A DNA stretch of 64,000 nt from an uncultured Clostridia bacterium (lineage in GTDB: Bacteria; Bacillota; Clostridia; Christensenellales; UBA1242), in assembly GCA_944384465.1 (NCBI GenBank), contig CALWTK010000005.1, positions 87 through 64,086 on the forward strand, read 5' to 3'. The notes below the pieces were generated by a model. It worked only from the letters and a program-made list of their open reading frames with translations, did no database searches and had not been told where the DNA came from. Each line of letters starts with the position of its first letter. Position 1 is the first letter of the stretch. Both the position numbers and the translations under genes were made by a program. Positions 46,601 to 56,626 of the stretch are shown one piece after another.

Positions 46601-49600
46601 TAGCGGATAGTTCATCAGAAGCTTTAGCTGACAGTTTCTATTTTAGAGCGGTTGTGGGATACGATACTTTTAATGGTCAATATACATATACTTATTATGT
46701 GGTTAATGGCGATGACACTAGGCAAATAACTAATTTATCTAGCATATTCAATCCAATTTCTAATAATTCGACCACTGCTGGATTTGTAGTTCAGCCAAGC
46801 ATTGTCAATATAGATCAGCAAATCGCTTATTCGACAGACGCATTTACGTTCGGAGATGATATACTACCTTCCGTCAGCATGATTGGGGATTATGTCATTC
46901 AAATAACTTCTGGCGCTATCAATAAATATATGAAAATTGAATTCGTAAATGATGGTAATTTTGCTTTGCATCAAAACTCTACAGTTATAAGGATAGATGA
47001 TGCAATAAGCTATAATTTGAGTAGTGCGCTGTCTTATACCTATGATGGAGTCGAGATTGGCGTTGGAGCAAATAATGTCGACATATCTAATATGTCGCCA
47101 ACCTTCAGCGGAGATAGAAATTTAAGAGTTGAATATGATTTAGACAATACAGAAAATCCTGCCATTTATTTAAAGACTGATGATGAGGATAGTGTAATAG
47201 TTTTGACCATTTCTAATAGAGCGGTTGCTGGAGAGACCCCTACTTGGACCTTTACGAGAAACAGTTATTTGCATACTGCTTTGACAATTGATTTTGATGT
47301 AAATATTTTAACTTTCGACAGCAGTGAGACTCTACATTTCAGCATTGAATTTTCATCAAGCATTGAGATAAACATGAATTCAAATTGGTCGAATTTCTAC
47401 CAAAATACGCAAGTTCTAGTATACGAAAGTTTGTCCAATGACACGACATCTAACAATGAACCTATATTTGAAGTGATGAATAGTCTGCCAGAGTCTACAA
47501 ATATAGCGATCAATTATTCTGTCAATAATGGCAACAGTGCGCCTTTGGAAAACGCAGAGTTGACTTTGAGTAATAGTGGGGTATATACATTTACATTCAT
47601 TGCTCAAAGCGGTGGGAATAGTTCAACTTTGGCGACATATTCAATCACAGTCATACCAAATGTCGTTTTAGATGAAGTGTTGACGAGTGAAATATATGGA
47701 GGCAATAGTTACCCAATAGATGAGATCATTAGCTTAAGGTCATACAGAACTGATGTAGTATTCGGTCATTATGATGATGGTACAAGTTCTGTTCCTATGT
47801 ATACCTCTGAATATTATGATACTACTACAACGATTGATTGTACCAATGTCCGCGTTTCGTCAAACAGTAGCGACAGTTTGGTATCAATCAGTGAAGGGAA
47901 TTTGGTGGTAAATTGGATAGAACTGATAGGTTCTAATATCACTGAAGTGTTGACCTTTGAATATAATAACAATGGTTCTTATATAAACTTGGGAAGTTAT
48001 GAATTCACCATATCCAATCAATATAATGACAGTGTGGTAAATGATACAAATGTCTCTTATTACAATTCGGACACATCCACTTATGAATTGATGGTGAAGA
48101 AAGAAATGGAAAATTTCTTATCTATTGCTGGATTTAATTTGACTTCTATTACACTAGAAAGTGAGACGGCAGATACTTTCAGTTTCACCATTCTGAGCGG
48201 AAATAGATTTGAAATAATAGAAAATATTGCTAATGTATACCACAATCCATTGCTTAGATTTACTTTTATGAACGAAGCAGGACAGACATTAATTTATTAT
48301 ACAAACAGCACAACATTTAATATAGATGTCATGCCATATCTTCCTGATGATTCTAGCGATGAAATTGTCTACTATTCGAACAATCAATATGATCTACTGA
48401 AGATGTTTGCAGACATTTCTTCTTGGGATACGGAGAATATTGAAAGTCTACTAATTACTGGAGTCAGTGATGAGAGCGCATTTGCAAATACTGAATTCTT
48501 AGGCATGGGTTACACTAATGATAATGTAGCAAATGACTTTGCTTATGTGACATTCAGTGAGATAGAAAGAGATAGCAAAAATGTGGCAATAACATTTACT
48601 ATTGTCTATGCGGATGGCATAGAGTATCAATTCTCACGTGAAATTACTATTAGAAATAGACAAAGTATTTCAATAAACTATCCTTATCAAAATTTTGGAA
48701 GTGAGACCACGAATTTCATATTCCTAGATAGTGAGGATAGCGAAATTTTGGATGGAACTTTAGTGTCTGGTAGCAATGCTTACACAGTCAATGTGACTAA
48801 CTATGAGCCTGTGGCGATGAACCAAGTGTTGACGTTCAATTATGATGAGAGTCTGTCTGTCACGAGAGCGATTGTTACAAATTATCATAGTGATTCAGCA
48901 CCTACAACTGATGTTGGTGATTTTGAAATCTCCCTTGCCGCTTATCAAAGTAAAGAAAATGTAAGTAATTATTATCATAGTGGCTTTATTGAAATAGATA
49001 ATCAAAACAAAACTATTACATTCAATTATGACGCCAATTATGGTAGAAGCAATTATGGATACTTCATTTTCAAATTGACTTCAACGTCTGGTTATGTGGC
49101 ATATTATAATGTGTATCTGTTCAATCAAATTGGCTCTGACTACGCTAATATTGATTACACCAACGATTATGTAGCTGATGATGTCAAAGTCAACGCTGAG
49201 GGCATGAACTATATTGTAGTAAATGATGGTGTACAAAGTGTGTTAGGGGTTGCTGTCACGACTGAATTCTTATCAAATTATTTTGGACTCACAGCTTCTG
49301 GGTTGAGTTTAAATAATATTAGGTTCTATTTATTAGAAAGTGAATATATCTATTATAGAAATTCTTTAGAGACACAAAGCGACAACAGCACAGGAACTGC
49401 AGCTAAACAGCAGGAGATTGATGACGCTGATACATTGCCAAATATATATAATTATCTATATGTAAAAATTGGCATGTTGTATCACGACAATAGGACACAA
49501 TTCTATTTTGGTAGTCTCTCATACTATTTGACGCCATATTACACGGAAGAATTGCGAGCTGATGCAGGCTTGACGAACAGGGTGGCTGGACACAATACAG

Positions 49601-52600
49601 GGGAATATACAAAAGAATTGTTCGGCATGAACGAATATGAAAATCCATTCACCAACATAGTTGCTCCTAGTGAAGATGATGCGTTCAGTTTTGATAACTC
49701 TAATTTTAGGTATAATATATCTGCGAGCAATTTGACAGAAGGCTATAGTGTGGATGAAAATACAATATATTATGGAAATGATTTAGAACCAATCATCACT
49801 CTTGATGCTGATGGGAAATTGACAATACATAAATATGTACAAACGGGACTGAATTTTGTAGTATCATATGACTATTTGTTGAGTGGTTCGGAAGAAAATA
49901 ATGACGCCTATTATTTCAGGTTGAAAGTATACTATTCCTATGATCCGGTGCAAGTGGATACTAATGTATATAATGTAACCGTAGGTCAGTTCGTCAATGG
50001 CGAATTCAACAACCGTCTAGAATTGACAAGTACAATCATAGGCAACTATGCAAAAAGGATTCAAATAGGGGATAAGATAATTGATTTGTCTAATCCTAGC
50101 GCTAGTGATGGTACATCAATCAATGACAACGTTACTTTCGTCTATGAGAATGGTAGATCATATCTAGAATTTAAACAGACAACGAGCGAATATGTCGAGT
50201 CTTTGGACATCATATTCTTGGATATCGTCTCAGACGACGAGCAAGCCTTTGTGAAACGTTTGAATGTAAATGTTCGAAATGGTATTAGTTACACCCAATC
50301 TCAGGGCACAGGATCCGGATATAACTTCAATAATCCATATAGCACGACTTTAAACCCTAGTGCTACACTATATAATGACAGTTATGGTAGTTCATTGACC
50401 TTAACAATAAATGATACAAACACGCAATTCAGCATAGGCAGCGGATTGACGATAAATACGTACGAAGCAAGTAAATTGCATGTGACATTCTCCGACCCTG
50501 AATATGTGGTAGGGTTCAATGGACAATATGAGTCGCTGGACGATACAAACAACATACTTCGCTTCGTGCATACAGCGCAAGACACAACCATTGCTATGTA
50601 TATTACTATTACACCAGATGATGGAGCGAACTATTATCTTCAAAATACGGGTTCAAGCAGTACGACATTGACTTTGACCTTCTATATCAATATTCCTCAG
50701 TCATATAATGGCATCGTTGCAAAATACAACATAGTAGGAGCAGATCACGAGAATGTATCCTCTTCAAGCACAATTGTAGATATATATTCACACCTATTTG
50801 TGAATGATGATGACGCGGGCGCTATATATGATGTATTCAACAGCAGTCAATCTAACAGTCAAATCAACTATACAAGGCGCGTGTATGTCGTAGGCCTTGA
50901 TGGTCAGGAGCGCGCTGATTATAACCCTACCAATATGGGCTTCATGGACGAAAACAATCCTAATTATATCGAGTTTTCATTAGGGGATGGTATATCCTAC
51001 TCTGGAGATGGTTTATCATTTAGCAGAGTGGACAACAATTTGATGACTCAAATATTGATGAGCAACGAAACAGGAGTCATGAATACAAGTTATCGTTTCC
51101 AAATCATGTCAAGTACAGAATTGACGAATGGACTTGATTATCAGGTGGATACTGTCGGTAGCTATGGAGATCCAAATTCTACAGAATATGTATCTATATT
51201 AATAAATGATCCAAGGCAGGATGCGACTGACACGTTTAGATATGGTTACACCCAGGGTGAGAATGGTGCATGGGTCGCTACAGGAACAAATGTTGCAAAC
51301 ATCATGGATGGGAATAACAAAAATTTCTATATCACCAGTGTTTATGTAAATTCGAGTCAGCAGCCATCTAGCATAACTAAAACGATTATTTCAGATACAA
51401 GTGAAACGATCTATCAGATTGATTATTTAAATTATAGTTTGACTTTGAGAGTTTTAAATAGCAGAGTGTATGTAGCATTGTTACGAGAGGGCGGAAGTCC
51501 TGTAGAGCAATTGACATATAGATTTACATTATATGGGGACAGTGGTTCTATTGTAAACAACTTTGAAATAGTGTTCTTCAATTACACTTTGAGGAGTAAT
51601 TATGACACGAGTTACGGCAACTACTATGCCGGAGACTTCATCAATTTGGACAACGAAATTGAATTTAATTCGAATGCTCCAAGTGGATCTTCAAGCAATG
51701 TATTAACCGCCGAATTGATGACTGGAAGTGGCGGCAATGTCAGTCGTTATTCGTTGGGTGGAAACACTGTGTTTATAACCAATCCAACCAACAATTTGTT
51801 CACATATCAGGAAGGTTCTGATACTACCAACAATATGATATTGACAAATGCGGTAGCATCTGACGCTACAGTGAATTTGGTGTTCGAAGTGTCATCAGGC
51901 AACTATATTGTGGGATATATTAATTTCAATTTCATGTTGAGAGTGAATTTCAAGTTTGAGGTAAATGATGTCGAGCAGGTCAATAATGAATTATATACAA
52001 ATTACATTTTGATTATCGACAAATTAGTTAATGGAACGACCAATGACGAATTCCCATTGACAGATAATCTAAACGATCGAGAACAAGAAGATAACACATC
52101 ATTGTCAGTAGAAGCAGAAGTTGGTGAAGAGTATTATACTGATTTATTATTACAATTATATTCCGCTGATGGTTATGACACATTTAGAGATCTAGACAGC
52201 GTCACAATCAGTACAGACTACACGGATGTCATCAGTATCAACAATGAAACCAAAACTATAACATTTAAGAAAGACTTCTCTGGCGAAATCCCATTAATAT
52301 TATCTATTGATTGCGAAGGAAATGGTATCTATACTGTAACGTGGTATATTAATGTATTGGGCTTTGTGACTCTAGATTATACTTCAACGCTTGGAGAGAC
52401 TGCCATTCAAAGACAATCTAGCGGAGAAGGATTTACTTCTGGAACGACTGTAAGCCCTATCAATAGTTTGAGTAGCGCTTCTGGAACAGGAATTGTCATG
52501 ACGAATACTAGTGGAGTAAATTTGAGCGCGAATAGCACATCAGAAAGAGATAATGAGTTTAATAATCCTATGGTAAGTGCAGAATATGTGGTGGTCGCTA

Positions 52601-54255
52601 GCACGACTTCGACTACGATCGACCCTGTTGCAGCCTTTGAAGGAAATAGTAATTCTATAACGACTGCGACTCTATCATACAGTGAACTGCTGACAAATAA
52701 TAGAATAAATGTGACATTACCTAATGTACCGCAGAGCAGTGGACCAAATTACACGAATTATAATGTTGTTTATAGGTTCAGATTCACCTATTTAGGACAA
52801 AAAACTGAATATTATTATGTGACTTATAGAGTCTACAATAGTGCGTCAGTCACAGTGAACGCATCTTCATTAAATGCTGATAAAATAACTGTAGCTGATG
52901 GTTCAGCAAACTTGACCTTGTTCTATTACTCTGTACAATATACTGTCAGTGACTCACATACTTTCAATTTGATTGTGACAGGTGATAAAAACAAACAAGT
53001 AGTTTTAGTTCAAACTATTGATGGAGAGGAGACAAGATTTACTAGAAATAGTAGCAATTCTTCTAGATACGATGCTGCAGATGGTTCGTATTTCGTGACG
53101 ACGAATACATCTAATGGTGTTAGATTTACGTATTATGAGAATTTAAATGATAGCAGTCCTGATGATTATGACGTCAACAATACGAATATATCTATCTTGA
53201 ATTCTTATGCGGCAGATGAGGACAATTTACCATCAATATTCACGAGCAGTTATAATGATATTGATAGCTTCTTATCCTTCTTGCAGGGGATTGATTGTAT
53301 CAGAATGTCTAACATGACAGGTTTTGCTGGTGACAATTTAGAGATATATTATCAATTGATAGATCTTGGCAATGGATATTATGGTATTAACTTGTTGAGT
53401 CCATATGCTAAATGTTCTAACAATTTAGTTGATACATCTATTTCGCTAACGTATAATAAATTGTTCAACAATGAGTTGAGAGCAGACTTTGATGTGATGG
53501 CGAACGGAAATTCGATTGTTCATATTGATGCCTATAATGACACTTCTGGATTTAGACTGTATACGGACAGTGCGTTAGTTGCAAATACAGAGGGTTCAAC
53601 TGGGGCTATCACATTGTCACGAATATTCCTGCCAAGTTATATGGATTCAACGGCATTAGATTATGCTAATGTTCAGATTCTTGGTGTAATCTCATCAACT
53701 GGAAGTCCACAATCGTCATGGGTAACTGGTGCTAATGATGTAATAAGTGATTCAAGAAATTATTGCGGGACAATAACTGTGGGTAAAAATAGTTACCGAT
53801 TATATGCATACACATTTACCGGTAGCGGCGATTCATCTACAATCTATTCGCTTGAACAAGAGTTCTATGTGATAGCTACGACTGATAGCTCAACTAGCAT
53901 TGTTACACCTTATTACAGTAGCGGAATTCAGACATATTTCTATACTGTGAATTATGTGGATGGTACTACTTCAACACTAGACTTATCTAATGGCAGGATA
54001 AGACAATACGTGATGAATGGTGGGAAGTTTGTTTATCAAACAGTAAATAGTGGTATAACTATAGTTGATAATGATAATAATGCTATTCATCCTAGTATTG
54101 AAAATGCAACAATTAGCATTACAAATGATACATTGAAGACTTACAAAGAAAACAACCCTACAGCGACTTCTGTTATGTTGAGTTTCAATGTGACGGTTAG
54201 AGGAAAGTCATTCACAATCAATGTGTCATTCATGTTGCCAGAGTCTACGACTTAA
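43675..54255 (+). CDS. giant (3526 aa) N-terminally anchored extracellular protein, no recognised domains
   Basis: Uninterrupted 10,581-nt ORF. The N-terminal TM is 'IFAIIGIVLGGVAVFVGAVFGVMAL' and the remainder is rich in N/T/S/Y/I/D. No LPXTG and no C-terminal TM. It has its own promoter (43590-43619) and a strong terminator (54262-54289). Confidence 0.9.
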   Translation: MVKKIFAIIGIVLGGVAVFVGAVFGVMALMGRFRTPDVYPSSLSFIESEQTIVYRQDELDQLHTFVLNGFSNSENEVNHKTCYIYFYDNIGSNLITLCDANGVPLVAENNRYKIECNELVYYKLNENSTIDYQDENYGRVVLQARDERNQVQSNNLTIWIDRAVNNIALDYSGSSIVDNEQEITIGMEVRMDFSYTATPNYSLQPMSSQDEKIVELYYQDPNQADYILIDSDSYQNYSFIHFDDTTGKYYFMADTAGVYTFNIAVFATYQDRAEYLASANSQTDSNFERINHMVNRTVAVNVVNSDISSVGMDSTGVNLNLYSGNNYITLNGTSGVENANDNNLRLYMLRDGRQTNIRFNEVDFILDEGSYPTNWTKNNITFEATGGQTITINNSATSNITLLGFGDAFDGTYNYVHNNDQNQIEIPEIALEINYTLSNIIVGAKTAIDSLSCNINVNEENIILTCSNGVAFLDTTDASQKQFNLLRTGSYLEFYVLDSFNGSYTVCEDFDYEVTSFGTSDLKSWNIIAKSIPTLTDTQTLMLGIMVVNSTGGYNFAAVNVVVTPVDLSFTFVNEEDRTHNLNVIYPIVEDVYTINYPELNFEDIITINNGSYDACVFITPKLESNAYEVDVIEGMNFIDANGNEYVLVGYMNGNNFVNRVRARAGATNAGCRLYVLQLRNNYGQTAEDYINDIINNNQIYYYYSFNTEEMDGTTSTKYLTVRFRYDAETMRYVVDEMISTDGYTIGTINPRIVNNDFVITINDQDIVCNFEQLMYNNSTEIYLGNLSDNSADVVADVVRSFISNSQAVTINVSYDILPNEVNFNYNSISQGGDDEHVTIDGDRVEVIENTTDHSITLTSNVRDMLKNMYNANGFGTDNVSVHLYSADGTLITDNSNSLTITSIDFIADSLVIHYNALSALTTSTNYLQVVISYNGVNITSDPIYISSTAPTDIYFTYISGQDEDGGDVVTVIDNLADSSSEALADSFYFRAVVGYDTFNGQYTYTYYVVNGDDTRQITNLSSIFNPISNNSTTAGFVVQPSIVNIDQQIAYSTDAFTFGDDILPSVSMIGDYVIQITSGAINKYMKIEFVNDGNFALHQNSTVIRIDDAISYNLSSALSYTYDGVEIGVGANNVDISNMSPTFSGDRNLRVEYDLDNTENPAIYLKTDDEDSVIVLTISNRAVAGETPTWTFTRNSYLHTALTIDFDVNILTFDSSETLHFSIEFSSSIEINMNSNWSNFYQNTQVLVYESLSNDTTSNNEPIFEVMNSLPESTNIAINYSVNNGNSAPLENAELTLSNSGVYTFTFIAQSGGNSSTLATYSITVIPNVVLDEVLTSEIYGGNSYPIDEIISLRSYRTDVVFGHYDDGTSSVPMYTSEYYDTTTTIDCTNVRVSSNSSDSLVSISEGNLVVNWIELIGSNITEVLTFEYNNNGSYINLGSYEFTISNQYNDSVVNDTNVSYYNSDTSTYELMVKKEMENFLSIAGFNLTSITLESETADTFSFTILSGNRFEIIENIANVYHNPLLRFTFMNEAGQTLIYYTNSTTFNIDVMPYLPDDSSDEIVYYSNNQYDLLKMFADISSWDTENIESLLITGVSDESAFANTEFLGMGYTNDNVANDFAYVTFSEIERDSKNVAITFTIVYADGIEYQFSREITIRNRQSISINYPYQNFGSETTNFIFLDSEDSEILDGTLVSGSNAYTVNVTNYEPVAMNQVLTFNYDESLSVTRAIVTNYHSDSAPTTDVGDFEISLAAYQSKENVSNYYHSGFIEIDNQNKTITFNYDANYGRSNYGYFIFKLTSTSGYVAYYNVYLFNQIGSDYANIDYTNDYVADDVKVNAEGMNYIVVNDGVQSVLGVAVTTEFLSNYFGLTASGLSLNNIRFYLLESEYIYYRNSLETQSDNSTGTAAKQQEIDDADTLPNIYNYLYVKIGMLYHDNRTQFYFGSLSYYLTPYYTEELRADAGLTNRVAGHNTGEYTKELFGMNEYENPFTNIVAPSEDDAFSFDNSNFRYNISASNLTEGYSVDENTIYYGNDLEPIITLDADGKLTIHKYVQTGLNFVVSYDYLLSGSEENNDAYYFRLKVYYSYDPVQVDTNVYNVTVGQFVNGEFNNRLELTSTIIGNYAKRIQIGDKIIDLSNPSASDGTSINDNVTFVYENGRSYLEFKQTTSEYVESLDIIFLDIVSDDEQAFVKRLNVNVRNGISYTQSQGTGSGYNFNNPYSTTLNPSATLYNDSYGSSLTLTINDTNTQFSIGSGLTINTYEASKLHVTFSDPEYVVGFNGQYESLDDTNNILRFVHTAQDTTIAMYITITPDDGANYYLQNTGSSSTTLTLTFYINIPQSYNGIVAKYNIVGADHENVSSSSTIVDIYSHLFVNDDDAGAIYDVFNSSQSNSQINYTRRVYVVGLDGQERADYNPTNMGFMDENNPNYIEFSLGDGISYSGDGLSFSRVDNNLMTQILMSNETGVMNTSYRFQIMSSTELTNGLDYQVDTVGSYGDPNSTEYVSILINDPRQDATDTFRYGYTQGENGAWVATGTNVANIMDGNNKNFYITSVYVNSSQQPSSITKTIISDTSETIYQIDYLNYSLTLRVLNSRVYVALLREGGSPVEQLTYRFTLYGDSGSIVNNFEIVFFNYTLRSNYDTSYGNYYAGDFINLDNEIEFNSNAPSGSSSNVLTAELMTGSGGNVSRYSLGGNTVFITNPTNNLFTYQEGSDTTNNMILTNAVASDATVNLVFEVSSGNYIVGYINFNFMLRVNFKFEVNDVEQVNNELYTNYILIIDKLVNGTTNDEFPLTDNLNDREQEDNTSLSVEAEVGEEYYTDLLLQLYSADGYDTFRDLDSVTISTDYTDVISINNETKTITFKKDFSGEIPLILSIDCEGNGIYTVTWYINVLGFVTLDYTSTLGETAIQRQSSGEGFTSGTTVSPINSLSSASGTGIVMTNTSGVNLSANSTSERDNEFNNPMVSAEYVVVASTTSTTIDPVAAFEGNSNSITTATLSYSELLTNNRINVTLPNVPQSSGPNYTNYNVVYRFRFTYLGQKTEYYYVTYRVYNSASVTVNASSLNADKITVADGSANLTLFYYSVQYTVSDSHTFNLIVTGDKNKQVVLVQTIDGEETRFTRNSSNSSRYDAADGSYFVTTNTSNGVRFTYYENLNDSSPDDYDVNNTNISILNSYAADEDNLPSIFTSSYNDIDSFLSFLQGIDCIRMSNMTGFAGDNLEIYYQLIDLGNGYYGINLLSPYAKCSNNLVDTSISLTYNKLFNNELRADFDVMANGNSIVHIDAYNDTSGFRLYTDSALVANTEGSTGAITLSRIFLPSYMDSTALDYANVQILGVISSTGSPQSSWVTGANDVISDSRNYCGTITVGKNSYRLYAYTFTGSGDSSTIYSLEQEFYVIATTDSSTSIVTPYYSSGIQTYFYTVNYVDGTTSTLDLSNGRIRQYVMNGGKFVYQTVNSGITIVDNDNNAIHPSIENATISITNDTLKTYKENNPTATSVMLSFNVTVRGKSFTINVSFMLPESTT

Positions 54256-54261
54256 TTGAAA

Positions 54262-54289
54262 AGACCGAAATAAATTTTCGGTCTTTTTC
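54262..54289 (+). terminator. terminator of the giant gene
   Basis: AGACCGAAA-TAAA-TTTCGGTCT followed by a T-run. Confidence 0.85.
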
Positions 54290-54297
54290 CTCTCTAG

Positions 54298-54340
54298 ATT
54301 AAATAAGAATTCACTTCTATATTAAATAAGAAAATTCACT
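54298..54340. repeat. tandem direct repeat, 23-bp period
   Basis: ATTAAATAAGAATTCACT (54298-54315) and ATTAAATAAGAAAATTCACT (54321-54340), located between the giant-gene terminator and promoter 54364-54392. Confidence 0.8.
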
Positions 54341-54363
54341 ATAATTTTAGTTTGCATATTTTG

Positions 54364-54392
54364 TTGACAAAAGTGAGTTCTATGACTAGAAT
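54364..54392 (+). promoter_or_regulatory. promoter of the 80-aa gene / sepF unit
   Basis: TTGACA (54364-54369), 17 nt, TAGAAT (54387-54392). Confidence 0.6.
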
Positions 54393-54410
54393 ATTATTAG
54401 GAGATGTTAT

Positions 54411-54653
54411 ATGGCTGATGTTTCAACTGAAGAATTTGAAAATAAATGTATGGATGTCATTGAGATGATTGTCGGCATAGATATTAGGCAGGACAGGCAA
54501 GGGGCAATCAAAGTGGCTGAAAAAATGTTGGAAAAAGCAAAAACGAAGACTACCAACAAATACCTTATTTCTATCTATGAAAGGGTGATTAAAGAATTTA
54601 AAATAGCGACCGATGCTGAATATGAAATGTTGAGAAAGCAAATATTTAGCTAG
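54411..54653 (+). CDS. hypothetical small helical protein
   Basis: 80-aa ORF with SD TAGGAG and promoter 54364-54392. It ends 10 nt upstream of sepF. Confidence 0.5.
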   Translation: MADVSTEEFENKCMDVIEMIVGIDIRQDRQGAIKVAEKMLEKAKTKTTNKYLISIYERVIKEFKIATDAEYEMLRKQIFS

Positions 54654-54663
54654 AAGGTGAAGT

Positions 54664-55095
54664 ATGGGATTTTTTAATTGGATACTTCATGGACTGGGCT
54701 TTGATGACAAAGATGACAAAAAGAAAAAAGCTAAAACAGAAGTAGCGGACGACAAATATGCCAATTTCAATCTGCACGAAAGAGTGGCAGGAGAGACAAA
54801 TAATTTTGAGACGATGCCCACCGCTACGAATTTCAATTCTTTCGGGATTCAGACCGAGTCTAATATAATTATGGTAGAGCCAAAGACGCATAAAGAAATT
54901 CAGCAAGTCGTTGATTACCTAAAACAAGGGCAGTCTGTCGCAGTGAATCTAGAAGGAATATCTAGTTCGGATAGTGAGAGAATACTAGACTTTTTGTCTG
55001 GCGCCATATATGGATTGAATGGGAGCATTCATCGCTGGCACGGCGATTTGTTTTTGCTGACGCCTGAAGGGCATAAGATTTTGAAACCAGAATAA
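54664..55095 (+). CDS. sepF: cell division protein SepF
   Basis: 143 aa with an N-terminal amphipathic 'MGFFNWILHGLGF' and a C-terminal SepF core 'IIMVEPKTHKEIQQVVDYLKQGQSVAVNLEGI...ERILDFLSGAIYGLNGSI'. Confidence 0.85.
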   Translation: MGFFNWILHGLGFDDKDDKKKKAKTEVADDKYANFNLHERVAGETNNFETMPTATNFNSFGIQTESNIIMVEPKTHKEIQQVVDYLKQGQSVAVNLEGISSSDSERILDFLSGAIYGLNGSIHRWHGDLFLLTPEGHKILKPE

Positions 55096-55153
55096 AATAT
55101 GATGAGCTAACTTGCTTTAATAGTTCATGTTTAGTTAATAATCATAATGTAAA

Positions 55154-55621
55154 ATGAAAAAATGGATTACTATTGTTGTTTCAATAATTTGTGTGTTGGT
55201 GGTTGATTTGACTGCCAAACATTTTTTATTTGAAGTAGAATATTTCAATCTGATTCCTAACGTCATATCCATCGCCACCAATGGGGGAAATACTGGAGCG
55301 GCGTTCGGTATCATGAGCGGGAGCACATTGACGCTAATAATTGTGAGTTTCGTGTTGATAGTGGCACTATTCATTTTCAACTATTTTATGAAGACGGACA
55401 GCATTTTTTATTCTATATCTTTTGGGTTCATCATAGGTGGAGCTATAGGGAATCTCTATGATAGACTGGCGCTAGGGTATGTTCGTGATTTTATTTTTCT
55501 AGATTTTTGGCCGAGCTTTCCTGTGTTTAATTTTGCAGATAGTTTCCTTTGCGTAGGCGCAGTGATGTTGGCGATTTTTATCTTGTTTATGTCTGGGAAG
55601 AAGAAAAAGAATGACACGTAA
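55154..55621 (+). CDS. lspA: lipoprotein signal peptidase (SPase II)
   Basis: 155 aa, 4 TM, with 'NTGAAFGI' and 'VFNFADSFL' motifs. Confidence 0.9.
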   Translation: MKKWITIVVSIICVLVVDLTAKHFLFEVEYFNLIPNVISIATNGGNTGAAFGIMSGSTLTLIIVSFVLIVALFIFNYFMKTDSIFYSISFGFIIGGAIGNLYDRLALGYVRDFIFLDFWPSFPVFNFADSFLCVGAVMLAIFILFMSGKKKKNDT

Positions 55622-56513
55622 ATTTATATATAATGATAAAAAAATTGAAAGATTGGACGTATTTTTAGCTAAAAATACTGATTTTTCACGCAGTTTTATC
55701 AAAAAATTAAATGATGAAGGCAACATCAAAGTCAATGGGAATGTAGTGAAAGCGGGCTATGAACTAAAAAGCGGAGATGGGGTTGAACTGACGGAAAAAG
55801 AGATAGAGAAATTGGACACCAATCCAGAGGACATACCTTTGCATATAATCTATGAAGATGATGACCTGTTGGTAATAGATAAACAACCAGGATTAGTCGT
55901 CCACCCATGCAACACGACCAAGTGTCACACGCTAGTGAATGCCCTGATGTATCATATAAAAAATTTATCGTCCATCAACGGAGTCTTGCGCCCGGGCATA
56001 GTTCACAGGTTGGATAAGGATACGGGTGGGTTGATGATTGTCGCAAAGACTGATTTCGCACACAAAATTCTAAGCGAACAGTTGAAAGACAAAACTCTAA
56101 ATAGAGAGTACAAGGCACTTATCAAAGGTAGGTTAAAGAGCGATTTTGCTGTGGAAGGGTATCTCAATAGAAATCCGAAAAATCGTGAACAGATGATTTT
56201 AAATAAAGACATGAATGGTAAATATAGCAAGACCATATTTTCGATCGACAAAGTTTACGCTCACTACACTTTGCTCAATTGCAAGCTTACTACTGGCAGG
56301 ACGCATCAAATCAGAGCACATCTGAAATCAATCAACCATCCGATAGTAGGAGATAAACTCTACGGTGGAGTAGATAAGGGTATAAAGACACCTTGGCAGT
56401 TGTTGTTCGCGTACAAAATTCAGTTTGTCCACCCTAGGACAAATGAGACGAAAGTTTTTGAAATTGATTTGCCTGATTATTTTCTAAATGTGTTGAATAA
56501 TTTGGAATATTAA
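55611..56513 (+). CDS. rluD: 23S rRNA pseudouridine synthase, RluA/RluD family
   Basis: 300 aa with an N-terminal S4 domain and the catalytic 'HRLDKDTGGLMIVAK'. It overlaps the lspA 3' end by 11 nt. Confidence 0.9.
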   Translation: MTRKFIYNDKKIERLDVFLAKNTDFSRSFIKKLNDEGNIKVNGNVVKAGYELKSGDGVELTEKEIEKLDTNPEDIPLHIIYEDDDLLVIDKQPGLVVHPCNTTKCHTLVNALMYHIKNLSSINGVLRPGIVHRLDKDTGGLMIVAKTDFAHKILSEQLKDKTLNREYKALIKGRLKSDFAVEGYLNRNPKNREQMILNKDMNGKYSKTIFSIDKVYAHYTLLNCKLTTGRTHQIRAHLKSINHPIVGDKLYGGVDKGIKTPWQLLFAYKIQFVHPRTNETKVFEIDLPDYFLNVLNNLEY

Positions 56514-56581
56514 ACATTTTTAGACTATTTATTCTAAATTTGTCATTTTGCGAATAAGATAGAAAAAAGGTAAAAATTTAT

Positions 56582-56610
56582 TTGTATTAAAATATCTTTT
56601 TTGATATAAT
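56582..56610 (+). promoter_or_regulatory. sigma-A-type promoter
   Basis: TTGTAT (56582-56587), 17 nt, TGa-TATAAT (56605-56610). Confidence 0.55.
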
Positions 56611-56626
56611 ATAAATGGAGGGTATC

